DNA of 64,000 nucleotides from an uncultured Lachnospiraceae bacterium (lineage in GTDB: Bacteria; Bacillota; Clostridia; Lachnospirales; Lachnospiraceae), in the NCBI GenBank assembly GCA_946624935.1, contig CAMOSN010000002.1, positions 30,786 to 94,785 of the forward strand, given 5' to 3'. Position 1 is the stretch's first letter; every line of letters begins with the position of its first letter. The notes under the pieces are model-generated. The model saw only the letters and a program-made list of their open reading frames with translations, was not told where the DNA came from and did not search any database. Below are positions 55,299 to 63,995 of the stretch, in pieces. The translations under genes were made by a program, and so were the position numbers.

Positions 55299-56141
55299 AT
55301 GCGCAATCGAAAAAGAAGGATCATCCTTGCAGCAGCATGCATGATCCTTCTGGGAAGCACTGTGCCCACATGGTGCGCTGTATCCGGAACGTTCACTTAT
55401 GGAAGCTTCATCAGGAGCAACTTTCAGGCACCATTTTACTATGACGACGCATATTTCCTGGAGCCATCCACAAAGTACGCCGATTCCCTGGCAACCATGT
55501 CCATGTGTCTGGCCCTGTCCGCTTTTGCAAGCAAGGGGACGAACGACTACACACAAAAATCCGAGAACCTGCAGGCACTGCTTGCGCAGTGTGGCTTTGC
55601 TCTGGTAACCAAAGTGGCACCGACAATTCCCTCCGACACGTTCGGCTTTGATCGTTACGGAATCTGTATGTATCTGCCCTGTGTGCTGTATGACGGCAAG
55701 ACTTCCTTTCTGCAAAAACAGAAGAAGATGCTGGAATAATATGACCTGCTGGAAGGAACGGCAGACTATCAGCCGGAAGCATTCCAGATGAAAAAGCTCT
55801 CCGTTATGGATATTTGGAAGGGAAGCGTAGTCATCGATGATCACGATGACGCATGGACCCAGGAAACGTTCCTGGAAAGTCTGATCAGTGAGATCTCCGA
55901 GGCAGTCGGCAGCAGGGAAGAATATGTTCGGACATATCAGGAGAGTATCCGACAGATCTGCCATATCCTGCTCGGGCACAGTAATGCTGCCGTCGCTATG
56001 AATGCATTCGCATCACGCATTCAGGATCAGGCAGCCACGCTGGCAGGTTATGCCGCTTCCAGCGCGATTCTGGGGACAAAGCCTCTGGCCGATTTCCTGG
56101 AAAAGGACCTGATTCTGACAGCAGGTTTTACTGCAGACTGA
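55299..56141 (+). pseudogene. secreted lipase/esterase-like protein interrupted by one in-frame TAA (55737-55739) and apparently C-terminally short
   Basis: ORFs 55299..55739 and 55788..56141 are in the same frame with a single TAA between them. N-terminal signal peptide. YYDDAYFLEPSTKYADSLATMSMCLALSAF resembles the N-terminus of clostridial class-3 lipase-like proteins. LLGHSNAA is a possible nucleophile elbow. Confidence 0.35.
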
Positions 56142-56161
56142 TTCTCCTGTCTAATGCTGCC

Positions 56162-57166
56162 TTAAGGGACAAAAAGGAGGTCGTGGTTCACGCTTTTGTA
56201 AAACAGTTCTTTGAATTCTCCTCTGTCCCGGGTCCTCCCCAGGATCCACATGGTCTTTGCAATGACTGCTTCCAGCGTCATATCGTAGGATTCCGGAATA
56301 TGATACTCGTTTTTGACTGCGTGCCCGACCTCGTATACGGACATATCACTGCCTTCGTTCGGGACCTGAGTGGCCATGACGACAGATTTTCCTGCGGACG
56401 TCCACTTACGGATCGCCTCCCGGAAGCTTCCGTCGCCGTAATCCGGAATGCCGCCGACCCCGAAGGATTCGATGATCAGGGCATCGTACCGGTCCATCAG
56501 GGAATCGAGGATATTCCCGTCGCTCCCCGGGATCATCCTGTAAAGGAATACCTTCGAATTGATCTGGTCAGAAAAGCTTACGGGAGCGGTATCCTGACCT
56601 TTGTCGTCAATATAGAAAATGATCCTCCTGTCCTGGATCACAGCGATTGGTGGATAATTGATGCTGGAAAAAGCGTCATAGCTTTTTGTGCGCTCTTTTT
56701 TCGCCCGTGTTCCCGCGATCACCATGCCGCCAAACACAATGCAGACATCATGTGCCCGTTCATCCGACGCAAAGCGGACGCTGTCCAGAAGGTTCGTCCG
56801 GGCGTCCGTGTCCGGAATGTCGATCGGGCGCTGTGCCCCGGTAATCACAATCGGCTTTGCACTGTGCTGTACCAGATACGAGAGGGCTGCTGCCGTATAT
56901 GCCATGGTGTCGGTTCCGTGGCATATCACAAATCCGTCATATTCATCGTAATGCTCCCGGATCAGGTCCGCCAGCATAACCCACTGTTCCCCATGCACAT
57001 TCGTACTGTCCAGGCTGAACGGCTGTATCACATTGATCCTGCAGAATGCCTTTGCCTCCGGAATGTATTCCAGCAGTTCCTCGCCAGGGATCTGTGGAGA
57101 AAGCCCCTTTTCTGTGTGTCGCGAGGCGATCGTCCCACCTGTTGCGATCAGGAGTATTTTCACCAT
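56162..57166 (-). CDS. ansA: L-asparaginase, type I
   Basis: LIATGGTIAS and CHGTDTMAYTAAALS motifs. 334 aa. Confidence 0.9.
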   Translation of the reverse strand: MVKILLIATGGTIASRHTEKGLSPQIPGEELLEYIPEAKAFCRINVIQPFSLDSTNVHGEQWVMLADLIREHYDEYDGFVICHGTDTMAYTAAALSYLVQHSAKPIVITGAQRPIDIPDTDARTNLLDSVRFASDERAHDVCIVFGGMVIAGTRAKKERTKSYDAFSSINYPPIAVIQDRRIIFYIDDKGQDTAPVSFSDQINSKVFLYRMIPGSDGNILDSLMDRYDALIIESFGVGGIPDYGDGSFREAIRKWTSAGKSVVMATQVPNEGSDMSVYEVGHAVKNEYHIPESYDMTLEAVIAKTMWILGRTRDRGEFKELFYKSVNHDLLFVP

Positions 57167-57173
57167 CCGTTCA

Positions 57174-57851
57174 TCACTCCTTCATTGCTCTTTCCCGGCG
57201 CTGATCCAGAATCCACTCTGTAAAGGCTTCAAAGCCTTCCCCGGTCTTAGCGCTCACCGGGAAAATGCGCACATCCGGGTTCAGGCGCACAATCCGCTCT
57301 TTTGCAAGAGCCAGATCGAAATTGAAGTATTCAAGGGTATCGATCTTGTTGATCAGCACGACATCGCTCACCTGAAACATCAGCGGATACTTGAGGGGCT
57401 TGTCGTCCCCCTCGGGAACGCTCAGAATCATCACATTTTTATGCGCTCCTGTATCAAATTCCGCAGGACACACAAGATTGCCGATATTTTCCAAAATCAG
57501 CAGATCCAGATCCTTCGTATCATAGTGCAGCAGCGTACGGCTTACCATATCAGCGTCGATGTGGCACAGTCCGCCGTTGTGAATCTGCAAAGCCTCCACG
57601 CCGGTGCGGTCCGCAACCTTCTGGGCATCCTCTGTGGACTCGATGTCCACATCCATCACGCCGATCCGCATCCGGTCTTTCAAATGATTGATCAGAGTGA
57701 CCAGTGTTGTAGTCTTGCCGCTGCCCGGACTGGACATGAAGTTCAGAAACAGTGTCCCCTGCAGGTTCATCTGCTCCCGAATGGCCTGCGCCGTCTGCTC
57801 GTTGTCCGCGAGTACGCTCTGTTCGATTTTGATTACTTTCACTTCGCCCAT
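57174..57851 (-). CDS. hypB: HypB-family G3E metallochaperone GTPase (paralog 1)
   Basis: P-loop SSPGSGKTT, GGLCHIDA, ENIGNLVCPAEFD, SVPEGDDKPLKYP and INKID. ATG 57851 (GGAG RBS) gives 225 aa. Confidence 0.85.
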   Translation of the reverse strand: MGEVKVIKIEQSVLADNEQTAQAIREQMNLQGTLFLNFMSSPGSGKTTTLVTLINHLKDRMRIGVMDVDIESTEDAQKVADRTGVEALQIHNGGLCHIDADMVSRTLLHYDTKDLDLLILENIGNLVCPAEFDTGAHKNVMILSVPEGDDKPLKYPLMFQVSDVVLINKIDTLEYFNFDLALAKERIVRLNPDVRIFPVSAKTGEGFEAFTEWILDQRRERAMKE

Positions 57852-57941
57852 AAAATCGCTCCGTTTCTGTCCATCCACGCTTTTCGCATGTTCCGTTTTT
57901 GTCCGGTCTGCTTCCCCTGTCCCTGCAGTCAGCCGACAGTC

Positions 57942-58619
57942 TCAATTAGAACCTTTATTCCAGGTCCGCACCCGGTCCGCCAGGTACACGGCCAGTTCCT
58001 CCACGCCTTCCCCGGTCTTCGCGCTGATGTAAAAGATCCGGACGTCAGGGTTTCGCATCCGCGCCACCGTTTCCACCCGGTCCCGGTCAAAATCAAACAC
58101 CGGCAGCGTATCGATTTTATTAATGACCAGGACATCGCACTGCTCGTACATGAGCGGGTACTTGACCGGCTTGTCGTCCCCCTCCGGGACACTCAGGATC
58201 GTCATGTTGATGGCCGCGCCGGTGTCAAACTCCGCGGGACACACCAGGTTGCCGATGTTTTCCAGCACGATCAGGTCGTAATGCGCCTCCCCGAGCGAAC
58301 GAATGCCCTGCCGTGTCATGTCCGCGTCAAGATGGCACATACCTCCGGTGTGCAGCTGCACGGAAGGGATTCCTGCCTGCAGCATGGTCTTCGCGTCCAC
58401 ATCGGAATCAATGTCCGCCTCCATCACCGCCCATCTCATCTGTGCACTCAGATAAGGAGCGAGGGCAAGCAGCGTCGACGTCTTCCCACTGCCCGGACCG
58501 GACATCAGGTTGAGCAGACAGGTCCCGCCCTTCTTCAGTTCCTCCCGCAGTACCTGTGCATCCTGGTCATTATCCTCCAGAATGGATTCCTTCAATTCAA
58601 TGATTCTGACCGTATCCAA
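57942..58619 (-). CDS. hypB: HypB-family G3E metallochaperone GTPase (paralog 2)
   Basis: P-loop SGPGSGKTS, GGMCHLDA, ENIGNLVCPAEFD, SVPEGDDKPVKYP and INKID. 225 aa. Confidence 0.85.
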   Translation of the reverse strand: MDTVRIIELKESILEDNDQDAQVLREELKKGGTCLLNLMSGPGSGKTSTLLALAPYLSAQMRWAVMEADIDSDVDAKTMLQAGIPSVQLHTGGMCHLDADMTRQGIRSLGEAHYDLIVLENIGNLVCPAEFDTGAAINMTILSVPEGDDKPVKYPLMYEQCDVLVINKIDTLPVFDFDRDRVETVARMRNPDVRIFYISAKTGEGVEELAVYLADRVRTWNKGSN

Positions 58620-58647
58620 TCCGCTCTCCTCCTTTTTCTTCTCTGCT

Positions 58648-58896
58648 TTATTCTAATGCGTCCGTATCATCTTCCGTCTCGACGAGGATATTCTTCACCA
58701 CAAATTCCCTGCCACTGATGATCTTTTTATTCCTGCTTTTACACTTCGGGCATCTGCCCTCAAAACGCATCACGTTGTAAAGCGTCTGACAGTCGGTGCA
58801 AAGCCCTTCATCTGATACATACTGTTCTCCCTGCCCGTAAGCTGGCATTCTGGCCAGGCCGGTAGCTCCCCTTTTTTGAAATGAGACCATGTTCAT
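58648..58896 (-). CDS. HypA-like Zn-ribbon protein lacking the N-terminal Ni-binding (MHE) domain
   Basis: CTDCQTLYNVMRFEGRCPKCKSRNKKIISGREFVVKNILVE matches the C-terminal Zn-ribbon half of HypA. It is only 82 aa, against about 113 aa for canonical HypA as I recall it. Confidence 0.5.
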   Translation of the reverse strand: MNMVSFQKRGATGLARMPAYGQGEQYVSDEGLCTDCQTLYNVMRFEGRCPKCKSRNKKIISGREFVVKNILVETEDDTDALE

Positions 58897-58912
58897 TTAA
58901 CCCGGCCTTCTC

Positions 58913-60097
58913 TCAGATCCCGGCCAGTGCACTCTCCAGATCCTCCAAAAGGTACTTTGTTCCTTCCAGGCCGCAGTGAATACGGATAATCTGCGGTTCT
59001 CCGCCGAGGATCTTACATTCTTCTGATGACATCTTCATATGCGGCATAAAGACAAGACTCTCGAACCCGCCCCAGGACACACCGATTTTGAATATCCGAA
59101 GCGCTTCTGTCACTTTTACAGCCTGCTCTACGGTTCCGTCGATTTCAAAGCTCAATAACCCGGTATTTCCTTCCTGCTGTCTGCACATGAGCTCATACTG
59201 CGGATGGCAGGTAAGACCAGGATAATTCACTTTTTTTACCCTCTCATGTTTCTTCAGGAACTGCGCGACCGCCAGAGCTGTCTCCTGATGCTGCCTCACC
59301 CGGACCGGAAGTGTCCGCAATCCGCGTATCATCAGCCATGCTTCCATCGGTCCGACGATGCCGCCAAGCAATTCGCGCATCTGCAAAAGCTTATCAAAAA
59401 GCGTCCCGTCTCTGACTGCCAGTACGCCACCTATGACATCGCTGTGCCCGCCAATATACTTTGACGTTGTATGCATGACAATATCTGCCCCCATCTGAAG
59501 AGGCTTCTGAAAAATCGGTGTACAGAAGGTATTATCAATATAAACCAGCGCGCCATGGCGGTGCGCCAGAGCACTTACCTCCCGGATATCCTGCAGGGAA
59601 AACACAATGGAGGACGGGCTTTCCAGAATCACCAGATCGGTCTTGTCCGTGACTGCTTCTTCAAATTCCTGAAGATCCCTTCCGTCCACAAAGGTTGTCT
59701 TTACATGCATATGCTCCGCGCAGTATCCTGTCAGAAATGTACGCAGTGGTCCATATGCATTCCGTATACATACGACATGACTTTCATCCTTCACACAGGC
59801 AAGTACGGCTGTTGAAGCTGCCGCCATACCCGACGCAAATGCAGCCGCACCCGTTCCCTGCTCGAGTGCCGCAACCTTTTCCTCAAAAATACGGACGGTC
59901 GGATTTTGTACACGTCCGTAACAGTACTGATGCATATCATGCGGATCCGCACTGTAAAATGAATCCAGCGTCTCAAAAACATGCAGAGAATTCATGAATA
60001 CCGGCGGGACAACGGCATTATAGTAGTGTTCATAATCCTCCGCATGATGTGTAGTGATAAGTGAGTCATCCCTGAGATAGCTTTTCTGATCAGTCAT
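58913..60097 (-). CDS. Cys/Met-metabolism PLP-dependent enzyme (cystathionine gamma-synthase/beta-lyase/methionine gamma-lyase family)
   Basis: YGRVQNPT, DNTFCTP and the PLP-lysine motif HTTSKYIGGHSDVIGG. ATG 60097 is preferred over 60145. Confidence 0.85.
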   Translation of the reverse strand: MTDQKSYLRDDSLITTHHAEDYEHYYNAVVPPVFMNSLHVFETLDSFYSADPHDMHQYCYGRVQNPTVRIFEEKVAALEQGTGAAAFASGMAAASTAVLACVKDESHVVCIRNAYGPLRTFLTGYCAEHMHVKTTFVDGRDLQEFEEAVTDKTDLVILESPSSIVFSLQDIREVSALAHRHGALVYIDNTFCTPIFQKPLQMGADIVMHTTSKYIGGHSDVIGGVLAVRDGTLFDKLLQMRELLGGIVGPMEAWLMIRGLRTLPVRVRQHQETALAVAQFLKKHERVKKVNYPGLTCHPQYELMCRQQEGNTGLLSFEIDGTVEQAVKVTEALRIFKIGVSWGGFESLVFMPHMKMSSEECKILGGEPQIIRIHCGLEGTKYLLEDLESALAGI

Positions 60098-60311
60098 AGT
60101 CTTTCCTGTTCGTAATAATCTTTTCCAACTTTTACAGCATTCCAACTTTTTTCAACGGGTAGATGAAAAATCATCGTGGACAAGGTACCTCTACTCCGTA
60201 TATAAAAACAGAAAACAGAACAACATTCCGGGACAAAATCCCGCAATGATCACATAAATATTATATATAAAAAATCTTTAAATTCTATAATCGGAGTACA
60301 ACGTTTACATA

Positions 60312-60348
60312 CCATGCCGGTCTGCACATGACCGGCATGGATTTTTTT
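60312..60348 (+). terminator. strong intrinsic-terminator-like hairpin on the plus strand with no upstream plus-strand gene
   Basis: Perfect 11-bp stem ccatgccggtc / gaccggcatgg, a 7-nt loop, then aTTTTTTT. Confidence 0.45.
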
Positions 60349-60484
60349 CATTCTATCATCGACCAGATCGTCTGGCAATCACCACCAGCTCTCCCCCAGA
60401 CAGATCCCATTTTACAATATCTGCCGAAGAATAATAAAATACCGGGATGCCTGGTGAAAGGCTGTCCCGGTCATGCATCCGCAA

Positions 60485-61459
60485 TCACCCCTGTTCTGTA
60501 TCAGGCACTGTCGGAAATTTCCAGTTTATAAACTTCCAGAACGGCTCATTTACACGCTCTGCATAAGCCTCCATATCCCGGCTGCGCCAATCATAAAAGC
60601 CCTCACCGGCAGCCGTCCCGGTTTTTCCCGCATTAAGACGGCTCGTCATTACTTCCGGCGCATCCTTCCGGTCTGAAAGGATCGGAAACAGCAATTTACA
60701 GTTCTTTGCATCCAAATCCAGCCCTGCATAGTCCATATGCTCGAATATGCCAATCGAAGTATATCGAGGACAGAAGGAGTACTGCAGTGCCCGGTCGATA
60801 TCCTCAAAATCACAGATGCCTTCTTCTACAAGCTGCATTGCCTCCCGGAACAGCGCAAACTGCAGCCGGTTCCCGATAAACCCGGGCGTAGGCTTCTTCA
60901 GAACCACCGGTTCCCGGTCCAGGAAACGCAGGAAGGACACTGCTTCCTCCATCAATCCCTCCCTGGTCCAGGCACTGGCGCACAGTTCAAAGTACGGAAC
61001 AATATGCGCGGGATTAAACGGATGCGCGATAATCAGCCGATCCGCGATCCGACAGATCCATTCATTGTTCTCCTGCCCTGCCAGCATCATATCCGGTGTG
61101 ATCGCAGAGCTTGCCGAACAGATCATTTTTACTTTCGGGCAGGCCTTTGCGATCTGTTCAAACACGGATATCTTTACCGTTCGGTCCTCCGTCACTGCTT
61201 CCAGAAAAATACTGCACTCTGACAAATCCTCATAGTGCTCTGTCACATGCAAATAGCTCTCACAGACCGCTCTGCCCTCCGGTGTAAGGATTCCCTTTTT
61301 TACCAGAAGTGCATAATGCTCCTCAAACCGCTTCATTAAGCGTGCTTTCGCCTCTTGCGAGCGTACAAGAATATGACTTTCCAGCCCGTGTCCCGTTGTC
61401 AGTACAGCCAGAGATGAAGCGATGATCCCGCTCCCGATGATCCCGATTTTCTGATCCAT
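60485..61459 (-). CDS. 3-hydroxyacyl-CoA dehydrogenase-family NAD-binding protein
   Basis: N-terminal Rossmann motif KIGIIGSGIIASSLAV and a C-terminal 3HCDH-like domain (FIGNRLQFALFREAM). Confidence 0.8.
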   Translation of the reverse strand: MDQKIGIIGSGIIASSLAVLTTGHGLESHILVRSQEAKARLMKRFEEHYALLVKKGILTPEGRAVCESYLHVTEHYEDLSECSIFLEAVTEDRTVKISVFEQIAKACPKVKMICSASSAITPDMMLAGQENNEWICRIADRLIIAHPFNPAHIVPYFELCASAWTREGLMEEAVSFLRFLDREPVVLKKPTPGFIGNRLQFALFREAMQLVEEGICDFEDIDRALQYSFCPRYTSIGIFEHMDYAGLDLDAKNCKLLFPILSDRKDAPEVMTSRLNAGKTGTAAGEGFYDWRSRDMEAYAERVNEPFWKFINWKFPTVPDTEQG

Positions 61460-61476
61460 CCGCTTCTCCTTTCCTG

Positions 61477-62964
61477 TTACGCCACTGCACCGGAATACGC
61501 GTAAAAGCCCAGGTTCTGGATGGGCACACCGATTCTGCCGCTCAAAAGTGCTGCCCAGCCGGTGAACGCTTTTTTCAGTTCCGAATTGCTCGTCGACTGG
61601 ATAAAGCTGTCACTGGGCGTCATTTTCTGCGCTTTCACCAGTTCAAATTCCACATTATCCTCCCCCGTATAGTTGGAAGCTTCGATACGGGCCTTTGACT
61701 GGAAACCGCTGTTGGAGCTTGTGTATACGATTGTAAAGGCCGGATCGACATAAGCACTCTCCAGCACATTCACCATCATGGTCAGGCCGGTCTTGGCGGA
61801 ATCCGATGTACTGGTCATCGTAAGGGAAAGCTGATGCGCCGTCCCTGCATACAGAACCGCATAGGTGACCGTCCTTCCGGAAATCGTTTCACTGGCCTCG
61901 ATGAAATGTGCACCGCTGCCGTTTGTCTTCCCTTTCGTCTGAAGATAGGAGATTACTCTGGCATAATAATCCTTCATGTTCGGTTCATATTTTACGACCC
62001 GGACAATACAGGAGGCTGCCTTTGATCCGATCTGTGCTGTGATCCGCGCCGTACCTGCCTTCCTGGCTGTCACCTTGCCGCTGCTGCCGACCTTCGCTAC
62101 CGTCTCGTCGGAGGAAGACCAGTGTACCGTCTTATCCCCCTGCGCGTCCGCCGGACTATAGGAAGCACTCAGGGTATAAGTTTCTCCCTCGGTAAGCGTG
62201 ATGTCCGTTCTGTCTAAAGAAACCGCCTGAACCGGGTTGCTCACATTCACAGTGCAGGGATAGGTATAGGTATTCCCGACCTGTGCAATGATCCGGGTGC
62301 TTCCTACCCCAACAGCGGTCACCAATCCTTCATCTACCGTTGCAATACTCTCGTCTTCTGACCACCAGAGGGCATCCCGGACAGTCCCGTTCATCTCTAA
62401 TCTCCAGTTATTTCCTTTGAAAAGTGACAACGATTCATTGGAGATACTGGGCTGTTCGATCGTGATTGCACATTTATAAGCCTTTTTCCCGATCTTTGCC
62501 GTTACGGTTGCTTCGCCGGCTTTTTTCCCGCGAATCACGCCGGATTTACTGACGACAACAATTGTTTTATCGCTGGATTTCCATGTTACTTTCTGTGTTG
62601 TTCCCTTCACCTTCAGCTTATATTTATATCCTGCCGTAAACACTCCCGACGTCTTATTCAGCTTCGGGGTTTCCACCTTTATCTTACACTTAAAGGTCTT
62701 TTTCCCTACCTTTGCCTTGATCACAGTGGATCCCTTTGCCTTTGCCTTTACGGTTCCCTTGCTGCTGACTGCTGCGATTTTCGGCTTCGAGCTGGTCCAT
62801 TTTACCTTCTTTTTTGTCCCTTTTATCTTCAGGGTAAGCTTCTGCCCCTTGATCAGGATGGCGCTTGTCTTGTTGATTTTCGCGGCAGCGTGGGCATTTA
62901 ACCCCATCATCATCACAGCCGCCATAACGACAAGCAGCTGTATCCATTTCCGGAACTGTTTCAT
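61477..62964 (-). CDS. secreted protein with four to five Big_2 (bacterial Ig-like) repeats and an unknown C-terminal domain
   Basis: Signal peptide. Repeated units of about 80 aa follow the pattern K..KV.W.SS..KIA.VS..G.V.AK..G...I.AK.G.K...C.I.V. Confidence 0.75.
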   Translation of the reverse strand: MKQFRKWIQLLVVMAAVMMMGLNAHAAAKINKTSAILIKGQKLTLKIKGTKKKVKWTSSKPKIAAVSSKGTVKAKAKGSTVIKAKVGKKTFKCKIKVETPKLNKTSGVFTAGYKYKLKVKGTTQKVTWKSSDKTIVVVSKSGVIRGKKAGEATVTAKIGKKAYKCAITIEQPSISNESLSLFKGNNWRLEMNGTVRDALWWSEDESIATVDEGLVTAVGVGSTRIIAQVGNTYTYPCTVNVSNPVQAVSLDRTDITLTEGETYTLSASYSPADAQGDKTVHWSSSDETVAKVGSSGKVTARKAGTARITAQIGSKAASCIVRVVKYEPNMKDYYARVISYLQTKGKTNGSGAHFIEASETISGRTVTYAVLYAGTAHQLSLTMTSTSDSAKTGLTMMVNVLESAYVDPAFTIVYTSSNSGFQSKARIEASNYTGEDNVEFELVKAQKMTPSDSFIQSTSNSELKKAFTGWAALLSGRIGVPIQNLGFYAYSGAVA

Positions 62965-63008
62965 CCCTGTACCCTCCTAAAAATCTTCAAGGACGATCTC
63001 TTTAACCT

Positions 63009-63995
63009 TCATGATGTTCCAGTTAAATAGAAATCTACCCGGTCAAACGATCTGTCTGTTGTAAAGGACTGCGTCATGACACTTCCCGCCGAAATCGGGC
63101 CGCTTGCACCTTCATAAGCCTTGATCATGACATCCACCAGGGAATCATTCCTGAAGAAAAGCGCATATCCTTCTACGTTCTTTGCCGGAATACTGCCGCC
63201 ATTCGTCACCTCAAAGGATGCTCCCTGTGGCAGATCCGTCTTTTTCCAGGTCAGGTCCTTCAGTACAGACCTTGGGTACCTGCTCTGCGAGGAGGACAGC
63301 ACGGTCTCGTAATGAGCCGGTGTATCTTCCATCTCAAACGCCTCATACATCACGCTGATGCAGCCCGGCCCCAGTGCATAGAAGGAGCCTTCCGCAAATC
63401 CGGTCATATCCCCGTTCCCGTCAAAGGCTGCCGAGTTGGACCGCACATCCAGATTCTGGCTGGTATTGTTACGGATCACCAGATAATGATACTGGTACCA
63501 TTCCAGATCGTTTTCAAACGTATACTCCTTGAGCAGCTGCACATCCTGTCCGTTTTGAGGGATGTCGGCAAGGTCACTGTAATCCCAGATCCCCAGTTCA
63601 TACAAAATGGATTCTGTAATCTGCCCGTCGCTGGCAAACCCATGTGCTTTCGCGTAAGCGGCGACTGCTGCCCTCGTCCTGGCACCTGCGATCCCGTCAA
63701 CGGCGCCGCAGTCATATCCGGCCTCATTCAGGGCTGTCTGTACCTGCCGGATGATCTCCCTGCTCAAAAAGCCGGGCTCCGAAGTTTCGGCGGGTTCATT
63801 GTTCTTCTGTCCGACTGCTTCCTCCAGCATCGATTCCAATGCTCCGATCTGACTGAGCAGATCCAGATCCTCCGAGGCAGCCACAACAGCCGGTACGAAA
63901 AGAGCCAGTACCGCCGCCGCGGCAAAAACCCGGATTCCGTTCATTCTCATCATCTGTCCCTCCCTTCCCATCATCTGTCTCACAATATTCATCAT
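63009..63995 (-). CDS. secreted/anchored protein with a peptidoglycan-binding (PG_binding_1-like) domain
   Basis: Hydrophobic N-terminus. IIRQVQTALNEAGYDCGAVDGIAGARTRAAVAAYAKAHGF matches the PG-binding helix repeat. The C-terminal domain is unknown and the start codon is ambiguous. Confidence 0.55.
   Translation of the reverse strand: MMNIVRQMMGREGQMMRMNGIRVFAAAAVLALFVPAVVAASEDLDLLSQIGALESMLEEAVGQKNNEPAETSEPGFLSREIIRQVQTALNEAGYDCGAVDGIAGARTRAAVAAYAKAHGFASDGQITESILYELGIWDYSDLADIPQNGQDVQLLKEYTFENDLEWYQYHYLVIRNNTSQNLDVRSNSAAFDGNGDMTGFAEGSFYALGPGCISVMYEAFEMEDTPAHYETVLSSSQSRYPRSVLKDLTWKKTDLPQGASFEVTNGGSIPAKNVEGYALFFRNDSLVDVMIKAYEGASGPISAGSVMTQSFTTDRSFDRVDFYLTGTS

Noticed and set aside
55221-55979. 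252-aa minus-strand ORF over the lipase-like region
   Set aside because: The product is extremely Cys/His/Gln-rich and has no signal or motif. The plus-strand frame has a signal peptide and family-like segments. I judged it spurious, though the whole region is degraded, so confidence is moderate.
56183-58718. Two long plus-strand ORFs (346 aa and 561 aa)
   Set aside because: They are antisense to ansA and both hypB genes, whose translations carry unmistakable family motifs. The plus-strand products are Arg/His/Pro-rich low-complexity sequence.
60098-60300. Leader of the PLP enzyme operon as a SAM riboswitch or Met T-box
   Set aside because: The roughly 150-nt leader has small hairpins. I could not find the SAM-I core (no GAGGGA..GCCC..GCAACC pattern) or the T-box sequence (AGGGTGGTACCGCG-like). 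A covariance-model scan would be needed, so no call is made.
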